Below are positions 40,155-49,653 of a stretch of 64,000 nt of DNA, one piece after another. The position numbers were made by a program, and so were the translations under genes. The notes beneath the pieces are model-generated. The model was not told where the DNA came from. It did not search any database and was given only the letters and a program-made list of their open reading frames with translations. The DNA is from Pseudomonadota bacterium. Its GTDB lineage: Bacteria; Myxococcota; JACRCW01; JAFGSX01. The stretch is taken from positions 32,001 through 96,000 of the forward strand of contig JBDRCO010000134.1 of the NCBI GenBank assembly GCA_043821645.1, written 5' to 3'. Position 1 is the first letter of the stretch; the number at the start of each line of letters is the position of its first letter.

Positions 40155-41012
40155 TCAGTAGGGGTCGCGGCCTATCGACTTGAGCCGGCTGGAGAACTCT
40201 CCTCCGGTCAGGGCGTCGATGTCCGCGGTCAGCTCCTGCAGCCGGAGCTCCTTGCGCACGCGGTCGGCCATCTCGGTCGGCGGGGCGAGGTCGACCTCGA
40301 TCTGCAGGCGCCGCCGCTCGAAGTAGCGCCGGGTGACCTCGTCCAGCACGTCGTCACGGTAGCGTTGCAGGCGCAGCGCCTCGCGGTTGACCTTGGGCTC
40401 CTCGGGATCGAACACGGCCCGGTCCAGGTCCCAGCGTGCACGCAGGCGCATCTGCCAGTTGTCGTACTTGTACTTGGCAAAGCGATCGGGTTGGCCCACC
40501 TCCTCGAACACGCGCTCGGTGCTGTCCCAGTCCTTGACCAGGGCAGCCTCGAACTGTGGCGCGAAGGCACGGTTGGCGGCCCGGGCGCGCCAGCCGTCGA
40601 TGCGGTCCGGGTGTGCACGCGCATAGGCCACCGCGGAATCCTGCACCTCGCGGATGCTGGGTTCGCCCGCGTAGGGCTTGAGGGCGGCACGCACCTGGGA
40701 GCTGGTGACGGTGCTGCCCGGTCGCACGACCAGGGCCTGATCCTTGCCCAGCGTGATCTGACCCCGGAGCTTGGCCACCGTGCCCGCCGAGATCCCCTGC
40801 ACACGTGTCAGCTCCTCGACGCTCTCGAAGGGCCCGTTGCGGTCGCGGTCGCTGACGATCTCCTCGGCCAGCTTAGGGCCGATGCCGGGGAGGGACTGCA
40901 GCTCGGACGCTCCGGCAGTGTTGATGTCGATGGTCTGGCCCCAGGCCAGGGCACTGACCAGCGTCGCGGCAAGCAGGGCGCATGGTCGAGAGCAGGTTCG
41001 GAATCGTGCCAT
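40155..41012 (-). CDS. Secreted ComEA-type helix-hairpin-helix protein fused to a TolC-repeat-like C-terminal domain
   Basis: Signal peptide and IDINTA...ELQSLPGIGPKLAEEIV.DR..NGPF.SVEELTRVQGI (HHH_3). The C-terminal ~170 aa are paralogous to those of the neighbouring gene. Start after GAGGAG. Confidence 0.85.
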   Translation of the reverse strand: MARFRTCSRPCALLAATLVSALAWGQTIDINTAGASELQSLPGIGPKLAEEIVSDRDRNGPFESVEELTRVQGISAGTVAKLRGQITLGKDQALVVRPGSTVTSSQVRAALKPYAGEPSIREVQDSAVAYARAHPDRIDGWRARAANRAFAPQFEAALVKDWDSTERVFEEVGQPDRFAKYKYDNWQMRLRARWDLDRAVFDPEEPKVNREALRLQRYRDDVLDEVTRRYFERRRLQIEVDLAPPTEMADRVRKELRLQELTADIDALTGGEFSSRLKSIGRDPY

Positions 41013-41050
41013 CTCGTTCTCCTCGAGCGGACACCTGCCGGGCGTCCGGT

Positions 41051-43009
41051 TCAATCCACCTTGATGTTGCGGCTCCGCGCAGGGTGCGCATCATCGTCGT
41101 GCGCGTCGTCGACACGCGTTGTTCCGTCGTAGGAGACCCCGAGCACCGTCTCGGCGCCGCGTGCCCGAGCCTCCCGGGAGAAGTAGCCACCGGTGCTGGC
41201 ATCGAGCTGGGCGGTGTACTCGAGCAGCTTGAGCAGACGGCGGGCCTCGATGGCGGTCTCGCGCGATCGCCGGGCCACGACCTGGGCCAGGGACCGCTGG
41301 CGCGCGGTGTAGGCGCGCATCACCCGCGATGTGATCTTGTCCCGGCGGCTGGCCAGCCTGCCCTCCTCGCGGCTCACGGCGGTCGCCTGTGAAGGAGCCA
41401 GGATGGCGTCGAAGTCCCAGCTCAGGGTTGCCCAGGCGGAGGTCACGACGCGCGAGCGCTGGTACATGGGCTCCTGGTCGTAGATATCGCCGTAAAAGTC
41501 CGCGAACTCATCCAGCACCTCGAGGCCCTGGGTCCCGCCGAGGCCCCAGCCTATACCGTCGTCCCGCACACGCAGATGGCGAGCCACGACATCGACGCGG
41601 GGCAGGGCGGCGGCCAGCTGTGCCCGCTGCAGCTCCCACTGTGCGCGCCGGGCCTCGACGCGATCGTAGGTGATGGCAGCCTGGACCACCTCATCGAGGG
41701 TTGGCTCGCGCTTGACCACGTCCTCATAGCGACGGCGGATCAGCTTGATGCCGCTCTGACCCGAGCCCTTGATGCGCCGGAACAGTCCGCGATCGGTGGC
41801 AGCCCAGAGCACCTGGGTGGCACGGCCATCCAGCGACACGTCCACCGCACCGTGCACGTCGCCTTCTGCCAGCAGGTTGGTGACCTCCCCGCGCTTGGGA
41901 TGAAGCAGGTACAGGCCGCGCCGGGCCGCGATGGCCACCGGACCGCTGGGCTGGGCGCTCACCACCACGCGTTCGATCTGATCGTGCTCCCCCAGATCGA
42001 CGGGTGTGAACAGGCTCTCTCCCATGCCAGCGCGCAGCAGGTCTCGGCCGGTGCCAACGTACAGGTCGTGGTGGTGCGGGTCGTACGCCACGCTGGACAC
42101 GGGCTGGTCGCGATCACCTCCTGCCAGCAACTGCAGCAGGTAGGTGCGCCCGGCGTCATCGCTCCGGTAGAGGCCCTGTTCCGTGCCAACCAGGACGGTG
42201 CTGGTGGCGTCCGGGAGCATGAGCACGCACAGGGCGGCCTCGTGACCGGGGTGACCTGGAAGCGCTGTCCAGCTGAAGCCGCCATCGAGGCTCTCGAGGG
42301 CGCCTGCGCGGGTCGCCACGATCAGGTGCGTCGGGATGGCGGGGTTGATCGCAACATCGCGCACGTCGAGAGCGCCGCGGCCATGGGGCAGGGGCACGGC
42401 GTCGAAATGATCTCCACGATCGATCGAACGGAACAGGCCCATGGGCGTGGCTGCGTAGACCACATCGGGGTCGCCCGGGGCGAAGCGCAGGGTGCGCACA
42501 CCAGGCAAGGTGCGTGCGAAGACCGGCTTCTCCTCTCCGGAGAAGGATCCGTCTGGCAGGTTGTCGTCTTCCTCGAGGTCGAGTTCGCCCGCGGGCAGAC
42601 CATCGTCCAGCTCGACCTCTTCTTCCTCCTCTTCTGCCACCTCGTCGCTGTCCAGATCCTCGCGATCCACGGTCTCGTCGCCGGTGCGAGAGGCCTCGTC
42701 GTCCGCCAGGTCCTGCAGCTGGTCCTCGAGCCTGTCCCGGTCCGCTCCGCTCAGCTGGTCGCCGGGAAGACCGAAGCGAAAACTCAACACGATGCGCCAG
42801 GTCTCGCCGCCATCATCGGTCTTGAAGACCCGCCCATCGACACCGGCCAGGGCCAGGTCCCCGTCGCGGGGATGCACGGCCACGGCGGTGATGCGGTCGG
42901 TCTCGAGACCGTAGGTGAGGTCTGCCAGGTGATAGGCGTCTGCCGCGCCGAGGGACAGCACCCACAGCCAGGCTCCCAGTACCGCCCCCATGCGCCACAG
43001 CCGTCTCAT
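41051..43009 (-). CDS. Secreted BNR/Asp-box beta-propeller protein with an acidic insert and a TolC-repeat-like C-terminal domain
   Basis: Asp boxes KTDDGGETW, RSIDRGDHF, ESLDGGFSW and RSDDAGRTY. C-terminal EPTLDEV...ALPRV...LSWDFD...LDASTGGYF. Confidence 0.8.
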   Translation of the reverse strand: MRRLWRMGAVLGAWLWVLSLGAADAYHLADLTYGLETDRITAVAVHPRDGDLALAGVDGRVFKTDDGGETWRIVLSFRFGLPGDQLSGADRDRLEDQLQDLADDEASRTGDETVDREDLDSDEVAEEEEEEVELDDGLPAGELDLEEDDNLPDGSFSGEEKPVFARTLPGVRTLRFAPGDPDVVYAATPMGLFRSIDRGDHFDAVPLPHGRGALDVRDVAINPAIPTHLIVATRAGALESLDGGFSWTALPGHPGHEAALCVLMLPDATSTVLVGTEQGLYRSDDAGRTYLLQLLAGGDRDQPVSSVAYDPHHHDLYVGTGRDLLRAGMGESLFTPVDLGEHDQIERVVVSAQPSGPVAIAARRGLYLLHPKRGEVTNLLAEGDVHGAVDVSLDGRATQVLWAATDRGLFRRIKGSGQSGIKLIRRRYEDVVKREPTLDEVVQAAITYDRVEARRAQWELQRAQLAAALPRVDVVARHLRVRDDGIGWGLGGTQGLEVLDEFADFYGDIYDQEPMYQRSRVVTSAWATLSWDFDAILAPSQATAVSREEGRLASRRDKITSRVMRAYTARQRSLAQVVARRSRETAIEARRLLKLLEYTAQLDASTGGYFSREARARGAETVLGVSYDGTTRVDDAHDDDAHPARSRNIKVD

Positions 43010-43155
43010 CGGTCCTCTGTATTCGCGTCGTCGACGAACTCGCGCTGCTTGAGCGTACGGGAGCCGAGGTCCCGACGTCAACTGGCGCAAGGGTCTCCCA
43101 CGATTCTGGCCTTGAGAGAGGTGAATGGACGTCGCGGCCGCGCTACAGTGATTCC

Positions 43156-44367
43156 ATGCGTCTCCCTTTCACTCTGGTCGCGCTTGTGTCGGCAGCCTGT
43201 GCGCCACCGCCACAGCTGGTGGCCGTGGAGCCCACCCAGGGACCCACCGCGCAGGAGGTGGCCCTTGTGGTGACCGGGCACGACCTGGTGCCTGGCCTGA
43301 CGCTCGAACTCGTGGGTCAAGCCTTTCGATTCGCGCTCCGCGTCGACGAGGTGGCTGCGGACCAGGTGCGGGCCGTCATCCCTGCGGGAGTGGACGCTGC
43401 CCGCTACGACCTGGTGGTCCGCAATCCAGACGGCGCAGACGACAGGCTGGCCGCGGCCTACCAGGCGGTGGACGCGGTGCTCACGGTGGTGGTGCTGGAT
43501 GTGGGGCAGGGCGCGTCTCTGCTCGCGGTGGGCAGCGACGGCAGCAGCCTGCTGGTGGATGGGGGCAAGGAGGGACGCGCCGCCTCGGTGTTGCGCCCGG
43601 CATTGGCGCGCTACAGCCAGGGCCAACTCGATACGGTGGTGGTCACCCATTTTGACGTGGACCACATGGGTGGCATCGCTGAGTGGATGGAGGGGCCGGA
43701 TGGCCTGGCCGGGACGGACGACGATCCCGCGCTCCCGGGCGGGCTGTGGGACAACGGCGGAGCAGCGGACTGCACCACCGACATCTGCCGGCGCTACCGC
43801 GTGGCCGCCGCCGGTCGCGCGCACACCATCGTGCCGGGACAGACCTTCGCCCTTGGCGCGGCCTCGGCGCGCTGCGTGATCGTGGGTGGCCACATCGAGG
43901 GTGGGCCACAGCTCAGCCCGGCCGATGACAATGCGTCCAGCGTCGGGCTGCTGTTCGAGATGGCTGGGAAAAGAGTGCTGGTGAGTGGCGACCTGCCTGG
44001 CGGTGGCCTGGGAAGCCAGGACTTCGAGACGCCCCTGGCGCAGGTCCTCGGGCCCATCGACGTGTGGCACCTCAACCACCACGGATCCGCAACAGCCACG
44101 GCCCAGAGCGCGCTCGACCTGCATGCCCCACGGCTCGCCCTGATCCCCGTCGACACCGATAACGCGTACTGCCACCCCGCCCAGGAGGTGGTGGACAGGC
44201 TGCAGGTGCGCGCGCTGCCGGTGTACCTCACGGGGGCTGGCACGGTCACACCCTCGACGGCCTGTCCTCAGACCACGCAGCTCGGACCGCAGATGAAGGT
44301 TGTCGGGGAGATCCGGCTCGAGATCGACGCCGCGGGCGCGCTGACGGTCAACGGCGCGCCGCTCTGA
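43156..44367 (+). CDS. Lipoprotein: Ig/IPT-like domain + ComEC/Rec2-type metallo-beta-lactamase (putative nuclease)
   Basis: Lipobox SAAC, then LDVGQG, LVDGG, THFDVDHMGG, N..S, GDL, HHGS and N.YCHP. No Competence membrane domain. Confidence 0.85.
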   Translation: MRLPFTLVALVSAACAPPPQLVAVEPTQGPTAQEVALVVTGHDLVPGLTLELVGQAFRFALRVDEVAADQVRAVIPAGVDAARYDLVVRNPDGADDRLAAAYQAVDAVLTVVVLDVGQGASLLAVGSDGSSLLVDGGKEGRAASVLRPALARYSQGQLDTVVVTHFDVDHMGGIAEWMEGPDGLAGTDDDPALPGGLWDNGGAADCTTDICRRYRVAAAGRAHTIVPGQTFALGAASARCVIVGGHIEGGPQLSPADDNASSVGLLFEMAGKRVLVSGDLPGGGLGSQDFETPLAQVLGPIDVWHLNHHGSATATAQSALDLHAPRLALIPVDTDNAYCHPAQEVVDRLQVRALPVYLTGAGTVTPSTACPQTTQLGPQMKVVGEIRLEIDAAGALTVNGAPL

Positions 44368-47056
44368 ACCGTCGGGAGCGGTGCCAGGTACCCACCAGGA
44401 GGATCAGGAGCCATAGCCCGGATGCGGGGCGGCTCGCGGTGCAGTCACAACCCTCGGCGGCAGCGGGATCCAGGGCGGCCCCGGGTTCTGCGAGCGGACG
44501 ATTCCCCTTGGCAGTGGGCCAGCGCGGAGGGATGGCGCCCTGGCTCCAGTGTGCGACATTGCCTGCCTCGTCCAGGACCTCGACCTCGATGTGGTGAGTG
44601 CTCGGTGGAGCGCCGTCGAGCCTGATGGGATCGAGTCCAGTCTGGGAATGAACCCTCGTCCCATCCACCCGGACCTGGAGCCGCAGATCCTCGTCGGGGG
44701 TGACCCCGTCGTGGGCGACGACCTGAAGCAGGCGGCCCGCCCTGTCGAGGCTCACCTGCAGCGTCGGGGCCACGGGATCCACGATCACCTCGAGCACGGC
44801 CGGGCTGAGATCCAGGGTCGACGGTGCGCCCACGCGGCGTCCGCGCACCTCGATGCGGTGCCGGCCCATCAGCTGCAGCAGGGGGTCGGTCACGTGCAGC
44901 ACCTGCCCGCGGTGGAAGGGGCGCCAGAAGCCCCCGTCAACGCGGTGGCTGAACTCCAGGTCATCCCCGTCGTGATCGCGCGCACTCACGTCGAGTTCGA
45001 GCAGTGGCCCCTGCACGCCCTGCGGGCTGGAGACGTGAAAGGCCTCGGCCGCGGGTTGTTCGAAGCGGCGCACGCCGACCACGGTGTCGACGCTGTAGCG
45101 CAGGGGTGAGCCCACCTGCGCCGGGTCAAAGCGAAGGTTCGAGAAGATGCCCATGAACTCGAACACCGGGTTCCCCAGCGCGTCGACGACGGGAGTGCTG
45201 CCGTCCAGGCGCTGCTGCACTCCGCGAAGGGTCAGACCCTCGAGGGCGAAGCCCGCCAGGTCGGGCAGCGCGATGGTCTGGGTAAGGTCGGGGGCGAACT
45301 GGCCCAGCATGGCGCCAATGAGCGCGGGCACCGCGGCCTCGATGTCCTCGGGCGGATCGGTGAGCAACTCGCTGTTGAGCACCTGCACGTCCTGTATCCA
45401 GTCCTCGACGCCGCTGACCAGCACCAGCATGTTGCCCTGGCCGTCGTCGTCGAGGCCGATGCCGATGCGCAGGTTGGCGCGCATGGTCATGAAGCGCAGA
45501 TAGCGGTCGTCGACCAGACCGTACAGGTCCAGGTCCAGGTCGTGGGCGTGCAAGGTCAACAGCGGCTTGTCGAGGATGGTGCGGTTGGGGTCCGAGGGAT
45601 CCACGGCGGTGGTCCCCAGGCCGATGTCCGCGACGATGGGCGCGCGCGGCAAGATCTCGATGAGGGCGGGCTTGGCACCGCCCCGGGTGATGTTGCCCAG
45701 GGAGCTGGCCAGCAGCCCCAGGGCGCCGGTGTTGATGTACGATGACAGGCCCGAATCGATGCGCTGGCAAAAGGCGCCGGACTGCACCGCGCCGCGCGCC
45801 ACCTGGTCGAGCATGCGGTCTGCCACCGCGATGCCGACCATGAAGGGCGTGTCTGCGCCGGTCTCGGGGTGCGGTACGCTGTTGCCGAAGTTCAGGCGCG
45901 GGGGCACCGGGAGCGGTGTATCCATGGGGGGGACGCACAGGCTGGCCTGCACATCCGTGCCGCCGCGCATGCCCAGTTCGATACCCTCGGCCACGACCTC
46001 GGCGTAGCCTCCGGCAGCTATCGACACACCCACGGCTTCGGTGGCCTGGCCTGCGAAGGCGCCGAGCATGCCGGCGAGATCCATCCCGCCCTCGACGCCC
46101 ATGAGCGTGGGCACATAGCGACCGCCGGAGGCAAAGTGGCAGCGCTTGTCTCCGTCACAGGTGGTGGCCACGGCGGCTGTGCACTGGGCCGGTGGATCGC
46201 AGCTCTCGACCATGGCGTCGGTCATGGCGCCGGTGAGTGAGCTGTTGAGCTGATCGCGCAGGCTGTCCTCGAACAGGGGGAACAGCAGGGGCATGAGCAG
46301 CTCGGCCGCACCGCAGCCCAGCCAGCTCCCGATGCCGCCCGAACTCTTGATCTCGAGGTCGCTTTCCGAAAAGGGGATATCGGGATCGCCAAACTCCAGC
46401 TCCAGGCGCTGCAGCGGGTTGTCCGTTCGCATGTTCAGGTCCATCGCCATAGCGCGCTGCTTGCGCAGGATCTGCACGTCGCAGTCCGGAGCCGGGCTGA
46501 GGCAGCACCACGGACGACCCCAGCTGCAGTCGTCCTCGAGCACCAGGGGGAGCCAGGTCGAGTAGGCCTCGGTCTGCACGGTCACATCGATGGTCGCTGG
46601 CGCCGTGGGAGCCAGGGCCACCGAAAGCAGGTGCACGTAGGCCCGGCACTGATCGCTCGACGGGTTCTCGCAGATCGCGACTTTTTTCCAGCAGCCGCTG
46701 TCGGTGACACTGGACGGAACCTTGAAGCCGAGCACCGGCTGGACCACGCCGTTCTGCTCGCAGTGGCTGCCGTCGATGCAGCTCATGCCGCTGGGACAGG
46801 GAAGATAATCGGGACTGCTCGAATCGCAGGGGAAGGACGCGAAGCTCTGGATGATGGCCGGCAGGTTGCTCTCCAGGAAGGCCACGCCCGAGGGGGTGAG
46901 CCTGACCTGAGCCGCGCCATTGAACTTGCGCGATTCGGGGAAGGGCTGATCCAGGGGAGCCAGGCAGCCCCCGCAATCGGTGGCGCCACAGGCGCCGAGG
47001 CCAAGCGCGAGGGTCAGCAGACCCAGGCGCCGGACGAGTCCAGCTTTCACCGTCAT
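44348..47056 (-). CDS. Large Cys-rich lipoprotein with probable BPI/LBP (TULIP)-like region and MYXO-CTERM
   Basis: Lipobox LGAC, AAQVRLTPSGVAFLE (BPI N-terminus-like), FSHRVDGGFWRPF Ig-like module, C-terminal EGCDC-hydrophobic-RR tail. The fold call is inference. Confidence 0.65.
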   Translation of the reverse strand: MTVKAGLVRRLGLLTLALGLGACGATDCGGCLAPLDQPFPESRKFNGAAQVRLTPSGVAFLESNLPAIIQSFASFPCDSSSPDYLPCPSGMSCIDGSHCEQNGVVQPVLGFKVPSSVTDSGCWKKVAICENPSSDQCRAYVHLLSVALAPTAPATIDVTVQTEAYSTWLPLVLEDDCSWGRPWCCLSPAPDCDVQILRKQRAMAMDLNMRTDNPLQRLELEFGDPDIPFSESDLEIKSSGGIGSWLGCGAAELLMPLLFPLFEDSLRDQLNSSLTGAMTDAMVESCDPPAQCTAAVATTCDGDKRCHFASGGRYVPTLMGVEGGMDLAGMLGAFAGQATEAVGVSIAAGGYAEVVAEGIELGMRGGTDVQASLCVPPMDTPLPVPPRLNFGNSVPHPETGADTPFMVGIAVADRMLDQVARGAVQSGAFCQRIDSGLSSYINTGALGLLASSLGNITRGGAKPALIEILPRAPIVADIGLGTTAVDPSDPNRTILDKPLLTLHAHDLDLDLYGLVDDRYLRFMTMRANLRIGIGLDDDGQGNMLVLVSGVEDWIQDVQVLNSELLTDPPEDIEAAVPALIGAMLGQFAPDLTQTIALPDLAGFALEGLTLRGVQQRLDGSTPVVDALGNPVFEFMGIFSNLRFDPAQVGSPLRYSVDTVVGVRRFEQPAAEAFHVSSPQGVQGPLLELDVSARDHDGDDLEFSHRVDGGFWRPFHRGQVLHVTDPLLQLMGRHRIEVRGRRVGAPSTLDLSPAVLEVIVDPVAPTLQVSLDRAGRLLQVVAHDGVTPDEDLRLQVRVDGTRVHSQTGLDPIRLDGAPPSTHHIEVEVLDEAGNVAHWSQGAIPPRWPTAKGNRPLAEPGAALDPAAAEGCDCTASRPASGLWLLILLVGTWHRSRRFRAARR

Positions 47057-47186
47057 GCGCCACTCCAAGGCAGCGGACGTCGACTCCCGAGCACCGGCGG
47101 CACACGCAGGTGCCGCGAGCGCCAGAACCCGCCCGTCCTCACATCACCCAGAAGGTACCACAGCCGAGCGCCGGGCGCTCCATGGC

Positions 47187-49565
47187 TCATGGGAACGCGG
47201 GCATGTTGGGGTAGGTGCTGGTCTGAACGAGGTCCAGGCCGCCGGGATAGGCATAGCTGACGTAGTCGTCATAGCCATAGTTGAAGATGCCGAAGCGCTC
47301 GCCCCGGGCCTGCGGGTTGGCGGTGAGCACCGAGCTCATGGTGTGGGCGCCCCGGGCCAGGCGCAGGGTCATGCGCATGTAGCTGGTGCCCGCAATGGCC
47401 ACCGGGGCCTCGGCCAGGCAGTTGGTATTGGCTCCGGCCACGCAGGCGATGCCAGGCACCGTGGCGGCACCGTCGAGGAGGATGCTGCTGTTGGTGTTGT
47501 AGACCACGGTGACGTAGTCCACGTAGTAGGTGTCCGGCGTCAAGAACGAGTAGTCGTAGCGGTACTGCTCGACGGGGATGAGCTGTGACAGCGCGGGATC
47601 TCCGGCGTGGGAGCCGTAGGAGTTGAGACCCGTGGCCTCCTGACCGGCGAAGATCGCGCCGACCAGGATGGGCGCCTGGGCCATGATGCGAAAGCTGTCC
47701 TTGGAGCCGAACTCGCAGTAGCCACCCTCGTTGAGGATGAAGGACCCGTCGCTGGCCATGGGGCAGGTCGGGGTGCTGGCGGCGTGCGCTGCGGCCACAT
47801 CACCGGGCTTGGGGAGCACCTGGATGCGGTTGGTCGCCGCCGAGGAGACGAAGCGATAGTACATGCGCTCCTGGTTGGTGGCGCCGGTGGCCGTGTTGCG
47901 CATCTTGGGCATGGCGCCGATGTACTCGGTGCCCCAGGTCTCGATGGGCAGGAGCATCTCCTCCATGTGGTCGCAGGCCTCTTTCTTTTCCGGGATGTAG
48001 GCACACTCGTGCAGGCCGAACACACCGATGGGCTTGTCCGCGGCGACCAGCACGCCCGTGGGATCCGGTGCCGAGGTCTTGTACGCGGTCATCAGCTGGA
48101 ACACCTGGTTGGCGTTGAGGGTCAGGCGCAGCTCCTCGGGGTAGCTGCTGTCGTTGCCGAAGTTGGGCAGGCCGTTCTCGATCTTGAAGTCGTTGGACGC
48201 CTGGCCCGGACGCTTGCGCACGGCGATGCGGGTGCCGTCCTCGGCCGCGACCACGGCGAGACCGGCGGGAGCGGATGCCGCTTCATTCTGCTGCATGCCG
48301 AGGAAACCTGCCGACCAGGTACGGTGGGGGCCCGAGACCACGAAGTAGGCCTGGCGCCACGCCGTGGTGGGGATCAGCAGTGACGCGTCATTGGTGTAGG
48401 CGAAGTTGCAGCAGATGGGATTGAACAGGTAGGCACTCACCGGCAGCGACGCCACCAGGTGATAGCTCTTGTCGAACACGCCGGAGCCGTGGGCGATGTC
48501 GTTGGGCAGCAGCAAGGTGGCGATGCCACCGGCGGGCAAGGTGAGGTCCGCCGCACTCTGGCTGTCGACGTTGGTCGCATTGCTTCCCACCGAGATCTTG
48601 GAGTGGACGTCCTGCGGTGTTCCGGATCCTCCTGGCGCGCGGTCGGTGACGTGGCGCATGGGGGGGAGCGTCAGGGCGTTGCCGGAGGGACCGCTAAGGG
48701 TCAGGTGCACATCCTGGTCACTGGTGTTGGCCACCACGACGGCTGCGGGGAAGGGGTCCGAGCCGGCCCCGAGATCGCTGTCGATGTTGTTGTCGGTGAT
48801 GGCGAAGCGGTAGTCGCAGGCGATGTAGCTCTTGGTCACGGCGGCGAGGTCGCAGGCCGTGGCGCACAGCGCGCCGTCGGCGTGGGTGCTGTCGGTGACG
48901 CAGACCGCGCCCTGAGCTGTGTTGCAGTCCACGGGGTTGCTCGCAGCCGTGCCATAGGTGCCGCAGTCCGCGATGGTGTCGCTGTCGACGCAGAACTTGC
49001 GGCCCTCGGTGCAGACCACCTGCTGGCATGCGTCGCCCACGCAGACCTGGTCGGTGCGGCACTGGTCGTCGAAGATGGCGGTACCCGCGGGCGAGCAGCG
49101 GCGCACCTGGCGCGTGCCCTCGCTGATGCACTCGGTGACCGCGCCGGGCGTGCAGATCTGGGGCACGCACTCGCCGACGCCGGTGCAACCCGTGCCTGAG
49201 CCGCACGGATCGGAGCTGTAGTCCAGACCGGTCGCTGAGCACAGCTTGCGCTCACCGTCGCCACCACAGAAGTGGCTCAAAGGTACGCAGATGGTCGGCG
49301 CGCAGGTGCCGGACATGCAGGCGGTGCCACCCGGGCAGGGCTCGTCCATCTTGGCCGTGCCGTTGCCGTTGCAGGTCGACAGGGTGCTGGCGTCGAGGCA
49401 CGAGGTCGCGAAGGGGGTGCAGATCTGGTCCTTGCACTCACCGCCGAGACAGACCTGGGTGTCGCTGCACTTGCCTCCGCAGGCGTCCACCGGTTGTGGT
49501 GGCTCTGTCGGCTGGCAGGCCAGCAGCGCTGCACAAACAGTCAGGCAACCCATCCACCTCATCAT
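47187..49565 (-). CDS. Lipoprotein with Cys-rich repeats and an IgGFc-binding-protein N-terminal-type domain
   Basis: GGAGG RBS before MMRWMG and lipobox LLAC. C.P....C repeats, then KSYIACDY, FAYTNDASLLIP, ACDHMEEMLLP, GDPALSQLIPVEQY and YVSYAYPGG. Confidence 0.85.
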   Translation of the reverse strand: MMRWMGCLTVCAALLACQPTEPPQPVDACGGKCSDTQVCLGGECKDQICTPFATSCLDASTLSTCNGNGTAKMDEPCPGGTACMSGTCAPTICVPLSHFCGGDGERKLCSATGLDYSSDPCGSGTGCTGVGECVPQICTPGAVTECISEGTRQVRRCSPAGTAIFDDQCRTDQVCVGDACQQVVCTEGRKFCVDSDTIADCGTYGTAASNPVDCNTAQGAVCVTDSTHADGALCATACDLAAVTKSYIACDYRFAITDNNIDSDLGAGSDPFPAAVVVANTSDQDVHLTLSGPSGNALTLPPMRHVTDRAPGGSGTPQDVHSKISVGSNATNVDSQSAADLTLPAGGIATLLLPNDIAHGSGVFDKSYHLVASLPVSAYLFNPICCNFAYTNDASLLIPTTAWRQAYFVVSGPHRTWSAGFLGMQQNEAASAPAGLAVVAAEDGTRIAVRKRPGQASNDFKIENGLPNFGNDSSYPEELRLTLNANQVFQLMTAYKTSAPDPTGVLVAADKPIGVFGLHECAYIPEKKEACDHMEEMLLPIETWGTEYIGAMPKMRNTATGATNQERMYYRFVSSAATNRIQVLPKPGDVAAAHAASTPTCPMASDGSFILNEGGYCEFGSKDSFRIMAQAPILVGAIFAGQEATGLNSYGSHAGDPALSQLIPVEQYRYDYSFLTPDTYYVDYVTVVYNTNSSILLDGAATVPGIACVAGANTNCLAEAPVAIAGTSYMRMTLRLARGAHTMSSVLTANPQARGERFGIFNYGYDDYVSYAYPGGLDLVQTSTYPNMPAFP

Positions 49566-49653
49566 GATCGACCTCCACGCATGTCCGGGGCGCGAGCCTA
49601 GCACAGGGCTTGCGGGTGCGTCTGCAAGGCTCGGGGGTGGGGTGGGAGCAGGG

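Noticed and set aside
43156-44367. Calling this gene comEC or a beta-lactamase resistance gene
   Set aside because: It lacks the Competence membrane domain, and its motifs are ComEC/Rec2-like MBL, not class B beta-lactamase.
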